Assembly: GCA_030295235.1 (NCBI GenBank)
Contig: AP026137.1
Coordinates: 186,001 to 250,000 of the forward strand
DNA from: Fistulifera solaris
Taxonomy: Eukaryota
Length of the DNA stretch: 64,000 nt
Direction: 5' to 3'
Within the stretch, counting starts at the first letter, position 1. The number at the start of each line of letters is the position of its first letter. The position numbers and the translations under genes were made by a program. Below are positions 61,447 through 64,000 of this stretch, piece by piece. A model generated the notes under the pieces. The model searched no databases and was not told where the DNA came from. It saw nothing but the letters and a program-made list of their open reading frames with translations.

Positions 61447-64000
61447 CTATTGACCTGGCGGAGGTGGTGGCGGCGGAGGCATGGCGGTACGTTGAGGAGG
61501 CAGCCCATGTTGAGCGACAGCTCGACCAGGAGGCGGCGGCATCACGTAGCCTGCAGATGCACCACTTGGCGGCCCGGGCCGCGGAGGTCCTCCAAACTGT
61601 CCTTGTGATCCAGACTGTGAAGGAAAGGTGGGCGGAGCCGAGTGAGGTGGAGGCATGGACGTTTGTTGTGGCGGCGGAGGCTGCATTCCGTGCGGTGGCG
61701 GAGGTGGACCGGTTGCCTGTTGCTGAGATGGTGGTGGCTGAATTCCGTGAGGTGGCGGAGATGGACCGCTAGAATGTTGCTGTGGCGGTGGGGTTGCATT
61801 CCGTGCTGTGGCGGATGTGGACCGGATACATGCTGTGGTGGCGGCGGTGGCTGCATACCACGCTGCGGCGGTTGTGGGGGTGGCATTCCGTATTGTGGCG
61901 GTGGAGGTCCTGCGTTTGGTGGCGGCGGTGCGGCCATGCCACCCATAGGGGTGCCATGGGCCTTCCCGGCTGAGGTGGAGGCATGGCTTGCGAGGGAGGA
62001 TAACTTCCCGGTGCTCCTGGTGGCCCCGGTCGTCCTGGGGGACCAGGCATTGGGCCCGGTGGACCAGCAGCAGGTAAACGAGCTCCAGCAGACGCACCAG
62101 GGTTGTGAACAAAGTCCATGAACTCTAAATAACTGTGGGTACCTCCTTGGAACGATGCACGGTCTTCGACCATAAACCAAAAGAATCGCCCTTCCCAGAA
62201 AGCGTCACCCTCTTTTACGATATTTATTTTTGCACTGACGGTGTAGGGATCGGCAACATCATCACGTAATGCGTGCACGATGGCACCGAATCGAGTTGCG
62301 AACGAGTCACCACTCGTCAACACCTTGATCTGATAAAAAGATAAAAAACAATCAAATTAAGTCTCTAAGGTTGAAAAAGAAAACAAAACAACGGAAGTCT
62401 TGCTTACCTGCTGAGGATCAACATCGTCTAGTGAGTGGACGCCGAACAAGGATCCGATCACATTCATATCGGCCGTCCGTCCAACCCAGAGATACATTTC
62501 AACGCCGTTGTCAAGCAAAAAGACGCCATCGCTGGTCAACCTTTCTACGCTAAGATTGGCTACAGGGGGTAGCAGAATTCGGTTGCGTCCCGCCGTTGTG
62601 TCCTCGTCGCTTTCGTTCACCGAGTCTTCGCTAGGAAGACCCGCCGACTCGCCCATATTGTGAATCTCAAACATACGAGGATACACATAGTGTTTCGAGT
62701 CTTCGACATACATAGTGTTCAACAAATGATGCGCCTGAATTCTCTCATCTGGATGCACATCAGTTCCACCACGAAACGCAACATTCTTCATCATTGCAAG
62801 AGTGTAAAGGGGGAGCAATTGCAAATTATCCGGAATGGATTTGTCCTCTCCTGCTCCTCCAACGCTTTGATCCGCCGGAGGCACAGCGTAACCAGAAACC
62901 ATGCGCTTATCCCCTCCCTTGGCAGAACGAATCACTTCCACGCAGACTTGTTGCATTCGCATGCGTGCTTGGTCCAGGCCTGTCTTCAGCGAGAAATCAA
63001 GGGCCTGCTTAGCCATCAGCGCCGAGCAAGCATCGCAATCAATAGAAGCAATAACATCGGAGGTCGACGAAGTGACGGGAAGGGCTTGAGTCATCACGCG
63101 AATTCGACGTTCACCCACAGAACTCGTGTACAAAAGCGCCGCTTGCACTGTGACAAAGCTCTGTAGCAAATTTTGATCATCATGCGCCAAGTCGAATGCA
63201 TAAATTGAATCCGTATTACAATTGGGCAATGCCATCAGATCTTGTCCACGAATGAAGAAGTTTCCGTAGAAATTGGTAATCTTCATTCCCTTAGTACAGC
63301 GAATACGCATCACAGCCTCAAAAGCAGTTGTTTGGGTGAGGTTCTTGTTCAACTGCTCTTCAAAACGCTGACCATCACGTTCTAAATTGAACGACGGATA
63401 AGAGTGAAGGGTACCCGCGGTGTATTTGGGTAAATCGCCCAAGGATGCCAAATCCATGTATTGATACGGAAACAAGTACATGTCTACCGAAATCTGGTTC
63501 CGACTAAATTCAATGGCGGTATCTTTGTACCATGTATTTTCTGGACGAAGAACTTTCACTTCGTTGGGTGTTCCCATCAAGGCGGGCTGTTCGCGTGGTT
63601 TCAGACTACCGTCTCCCATATTGGGCAGAATGGATTGAAAGACGCACATTTTGCCGCCTATATCCTTCATCACGGTATATGCAGCCTTGAGCGCCGATCC
63701 GAGACAAGACTGCGATACGACTGGGTTGGCAGCAAACATATCGGGCAAATTATCCAAGAAGGTATCCACCACGGCACGCGATTCCCGCAAATTGACCAAT
63801 AAGTGTTCTGGCAACGGAACGAAAAGGTTCTTCAAGTCCGAAACGACCAACATCTGCGGACTCGACAGATCTGGAGCCAAGTTGTAGTAATGAACCGAGC
63901 TGTCGAATGTCACAAATGCCACCTTGGTGCGACCAAGTCCAGGTAGATCATCCAAACTCGCTTTGATTCCCTGAGCGGCAGCTGCCAACATACCACTGCG
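61447..64000 (-). CDS. SEC24: COPII coat subunit Sec24 (5' end outside window) with Pro/Gln-rich C-terminal tail
   Basis: vWA trunk (FVTFDSSVHYYNL), FEAVMRIRCTKG, QAALLYTSSVGERRIRV, LLPLY, YPRM, GVFLLDNG; intron 62407..62330; VEDR...SYLEFM; tail frameshifted. Confidence 0.95.

Noticed and set aside
1..64000. Widespread pseudogenisation or programmed frameshifting
   Set aside because: Indels hit essential genes (AP-1 gamma, Sec24, PHYLLO), mostly at homopolymers, with otherwise intact motifs; long-read consensus error is the simpler explanation.

Overview
Eukaryotic, gene-dense DNA with short GT-AG introns and bipartite signal+transit leaders, consistent with a raphid pennate diatom (Fistulifera-like; inference). 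Single-base, mostly homopolymer, indels break many genes, including housekeeping ones, so most frameshifts are probably assembly errors. Recognisable genes: PGAP1-like GPI deacylase, a probably plastid-targeted mitochondrial-carrier protein, a SAM-domain membrane protein, a PHYLLO fusion (MenF-MenD-MenH-MenC plus an extra C-terminal SRPBCC/START domain), a truncated O-fucosyltransferase with a 6-nt micro-exon, a ~6.2 kb fasciclin/mucin-like adhesin, Med22, rhomboid, two CDC20 paralogs in an inverted duplication enclosing a GST and an Omp85-like gene, a 1.66 kb non-autonomous TIR element, AP-1 gamma adaptin, a GaaA-type D-galacturonate reductase and Sec24. Most notable: (1) a small intronless gene encoding a prokaryote-type minimal histone fold behind an apparent secretion signal (4147-4389, minus); (2) a five-member family of secreted beta-rich surface proteins with an RRL site, a conserved post-site strand and a C-terminal anchor, clustered around the adhesin; (3) the PHYLLO-START fusion.
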